From the NCBI GenBank assembly GCA_000743035.1, contig CP008936.1, positions 1 to 32,000 on the forward strand: DNA of 32,000 nt, written 5' to 3'. Under the pieces are notes generated by a model that did not search any database, was not told the origin of the DNA, and worked only from the letters and a program-made list of their open reading frames with translations. Positions 29,537-32,000 of the stretch are shown in pieces. The translations under genes and the position numbers were made by a program. This stretch comes from Candidatus Paracaedimonas acanthamoebae (GTDB taxonomy: Bacteria; Pseudomonadota; Alphaproteobacteria; Caedimonadales; Caedimonadaceae). The first letter of the stretch is position 1; each line of letters begins with the position of its first letter.

Positions 29537-31345
29537 TTACTTGTTTGATGATGCTAAAAGCATATGAGCAATAGAGAGCTCAATCAAATACATGCATTTG
29601 TCCTTATTAATTTGATTAAGATAATTTTTAGCTGCCGTACGCATCTTGTTGATATCTTGATTTGCTAAAATTAGCTCTTTATAAAAATTTTTTCCTTTTT
29701 TACTTTCAAATGATTTCTGAAGTCTTTCAGCAAAGTTAGTTTTCTTATACAGATGTTTAGCCATTGCATCTAAGGGATTCCACCCCTTTTGAACAGCTTC
29801 GATAAAAGGAGTGATCTTTTTCATGGCTTCTTGAGTGAGATATTTGAAAGTGACTCTATCTCCCCGACTAGAGACTAGTTCTTTACCATATATCCAGAAA
29901 TCAACCCCAACTCTCACAGGACATAAAATCCCTTTATAAAGCACAAGCCAATCGGGCATTTGGGGAGAACCAATAATTGTAAAATGGAAATCATTTTCAG
30001 TATAATTAGCGCCAATTGTCCAGTAATAATAACAATCATCAAGTAAGCAATAAGAATTTAAGATAATATTCTTGCTGTTTTTTTTCTTTTTTCCAAAATG
30101 TATACTACTGTAGTTTCCGCGCCAAGGTTGGGGTAGCTCTAAGAGAGGAAAATAAAGAAAAAACTGATTATTTTGACTTGTGTACTCTTTATAAGATTTC
30201 TCAGCCCCTAAAGCAGTGTAACCTTGAATCCAGGTATTAGGGGTATTCAATAAAGGAGAAATCGATGGAGAAGTTGTTGTATGTTTTTGATTACTTGAAG
30301 GTAATTGACTTATTTCAGTTTTTAACTTTCCTACAAAATTTTGAATAATTGTAGCTTGAGAAGGATTAATTTTTACAATTCTACCTTTAAATGTATCGCT
30401 TACATACATTAAGCCTTCTGGGGTATATTCAATCCCATAAGGCATATTAAATAAATCTATTCCAAGCCCATTACCACCTATACTTTTTTGAGGTTCTAAA
30501 TCATGAGATAGAATTGTAATCTTTCCTGTATGAGCATCAGTGATCGCAACCTTATCTTTATAAATACTAATAGAAGTTGGCCATAAGTAGCCATTTTTTC
30601 TCCATTCTATTTTTCCCGTTTCTTTTAAAAGCTTACCTTGAAGATTGAACATAAAAATTTTTCTTTCTTGAAGGCTTGTAACATAGATTGATTTTTCATT
30701 TTTAGAAAAAGAGACACCATGCGCATTTTTAATAGGGAGAGACCACGCCTTTTTACCTCTATCAAAAAGTACAAGTTTGCTCGCATCATAATCAGCAATC
30801 GCACAGATCTTTCCATCTAGCGTTACATCAATATTTTCTGGCCCAAGTAAATCGATGTCTTCATAACGGTCTTTAAGAATTAAGTTAAAAAATTTATCAA
30901 ATTCTAATAGTAAAATATCTTTACCTGTATAATTTGCCACATATAAGGTTTTAGTTGTCTTATTGTATTTGATGCCCGTAGGATTCCAGACTTTGATTTT
31001 TTTAGGAGGTAAAAGTATTCTTGCCTTACCATTTTCTATATTTAATAAAAAAATATTCTGATAATTACAAAATACCAAATGCTTTTCATCAATTTGTGTT
31101 AAAGAGCAAATTACGCTTGGGTCTATCATTTTTCCTTGCTCATCAACCATTGGAATTGATTCTAAATGAGGTGAAATATTTAAGTTTTGGGGGTCGAACT
31201 TTTTATCTTCGAAATAGCAATAAGTATAAGAAATAAAGGTTGCTAGAAAAGCTAGTAAACTTACCTTAAGTAGATTTTTATTTTTTAATAATTTTATTAT
31301 TAAATGTAGTTTGCTTAAAATTGACTGCTTAATTAGAAGTATCAT
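29537..31345 (-). CDS. Membrane-anchored NHL-like beta-propeller protein with an uncharacterised C-terminal domain (602 aa)
   Basis: N-terminal hydrophobic anchor (VSLLAFLATFISYTYCYF). Five to six blade-like repeats follow the P/G-x-G-[IV]...[LI]YV[AST][DN/S]...G-K-I pattern: NPTGIKY..LYVANYTGKDILLL, GPENIDV..CAIADYDASKLVLF, AHGVSF..IYVTSLQERKIFMF, WPTSIS..VAITDAHTGKITIL and MPYGIEY..MYVSDTFKGRIVKI. I see no recognisable motifs in the last ~270 aa. Confidence 0.72.
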   Translation of the reverse strand: MILLIKQSILSKLHLIIKLLKNKNLLKVSLLAFLATFISYTYCYFEDKKFDPQNLNISPHLESIPMVDEQGKMIDPSVICSLTQIDEKHLVFCNYQNIFLLNIENGKARILLPPKKIKVWNPTGIKYNKTTKTLYVANYTGKDILLLEFDKFFNLILKDRYEDIDLLGPENIDVTLDGKICAIADYDASKLVLFDRGKKAWSLPIKNAHGVSFSKNEKSIYVTSLQERKIFMFNLQGKLLKETGKIEWRKNGYLWPTSISIYKDKVAITDAHTGKITILSHDLEPQKSIGGNGLGIDLFNMPYGIEYTPEGLMYVSDTFKGRIVKINPSQATIIQNFVGKLKTEISQLPSSNQKHTTTSPSISPLLNTPNTWIQGYTALGAEKSYKEYTSQNNQFFLYFPLLELPQPWRGNYSSIHFGKKKKNSKNIILNSYCLLDDCYYYWTIGANYTENDFHFTIIGSPQMPDWLVLYKGILCPVRVGVDFWIYGKELVSSRGDRVTFKYLTQEAMKKITPFIEAVQKGWNPLDAMAKHLYKKTNFAERLQKSFESKKGKNFYKELILANQDINKMRTAAKNYLNQINKDKCMYLIELSIAHMLLASSNK

Positions 31346-31375
31346 TGCGAAGAAAATTCTCTATTTTTTCAAGAA

Positions 31376-32000
31376 CTATAAAGCCCGCTCTACCATCTCC
31401 ATAATCTTTAATTTTTTTTGTGGTGAAGTATAGTCAGAAGTATTCCAGAGGCGGTTCCAACCATTTTCAATTGTTTCAACCCATTCTGTCTCGGAACGTA
31501 AAGTAATACATGGTTTTTGATGAAAATAGGCTTCTTTTTGTAAGCCTCCTGAATCTGTATAGACAACCGCAGAAAAGTAAAGAAGACTGTGCATATCTTG
31601 ATAGTTTAAAGGATCAATAACTCTAATATGATTGAGGATATCATTTTCAATAAAGTTCTTAGTCCTAGGATGAATAGGCCATACTATTTGTAAATTATTT
31701 ATTTTACTGTGTTCTATGACATAATTTAACATCGTTTTAAGATGCTCTTTATTTGCTGTGTTTTCCTGGCGATGAAGAGTTAAGACAGCATATGCTTCTT
31801 CTTTAATCTCGAGTTTAGTAATGATGTCTTGCGAGATTTTTTCTATTGCAAACAGTGTGGCGTCATACATGACGTCACCTGCGTGGAATACATTGAAAGT
31901 AATTCCCTCATTCTTAAGATTTTCTATGGCTTTAAAAGTGGGACAGAATAAAAGAGAACTAACGTGATCGGATAATATCCGATTAATTTCTTCCGGCATA
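31376..32000 (-). CDS. UDP-N-acetylglucosamine 2-epimerase family protein (WecB/WbpI-like), partial; N-terminus lies beyond the window end
   Basis: The translation contains the conserved internal MPEEINR motif, so the first Met in the track is not the true start. It also has HRQEN, the VWPIHPRT region and YTDSGGLQKEA. The stop is at 31376-31378. Confidence 0.9.
   Translation of the reverse strand, partial: MPEEINRILSDHVSSLLFCPTFKAIENLKNEGITFNVFHAGDVMYDATLFAIEKISQDIITKLEIKEEAYAVLTLHRQENTANKEHLKTMLNYVIEHSKINNLQIVWPIHPRTKNFIENDILNHIRVIDPLNYQDMHSLLYFSAVVYTDSGGLQKEAYFHQKPCITLRSETEWVETIENGWNRLWNTSDYTSPQKKLKIMEMVERAL

Overview
The window starts at dnaA and is mostly ordinary chromosomal core from a low-GC, Gram-negative genome. 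By eye, core genes are roughly 42-45% GC and some blocks drop to about 30-35%. Protein styles suggest an alphaproteobacterium, possibly an intracellular Rickettsiales- or Holosporales-like lineage: a short alphaproteobacterial-type Psd, a CDP-alcohol-type PssA, and the DnaA N-terminus. This taxonomy is inference only. Gene content runs as follows: dnaA-dnaN-recF-gyrB; a small lipoprotein plus an exported GH3 NagZ-like hydrolase; psd-pssA; an orphan class I PHA synthase; a Pro/Ala/Glu-repeat lipoprotein with a clean terminator; recG; an OPT-family transporter; and tRNA-Arg(CCG). Next comes a tightly packed surface-polysaccharide operon: WbpA-like dehydrogenase, a fused WbpB-like oxidoreductase/WbpD-like acetyltransferase, WbpE-like aminotransferase, AsnB-like amidotransferase and a GT4 glycosyltransferase. 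This is followed by a 1382-aa orphan ORF, then yggT and folD. On the minus strand lie a membrane-anchored NHL-like beta-propeller protein and a partial WecB/WbpI-like 2-epimerase. I found no CRISPR array, IS element, integrase, or recognisable multi-gene defence, toxin or secretion system. The most unusual element is the giant AT-rich ORF at 23735-27883. It has an N-terminal signal-like segment and two colinear, diverged copies of a roughly 490-aa module. Between the modules sits a run of seven prolines followed by a motif closely resembling a WH2/beta-thymosin actin-monomer-binding motif. That makes it a candidate host-actin-targeting effector with no family I can name. All calls rest on motif recognition in the supplied translations; no database searches were run.
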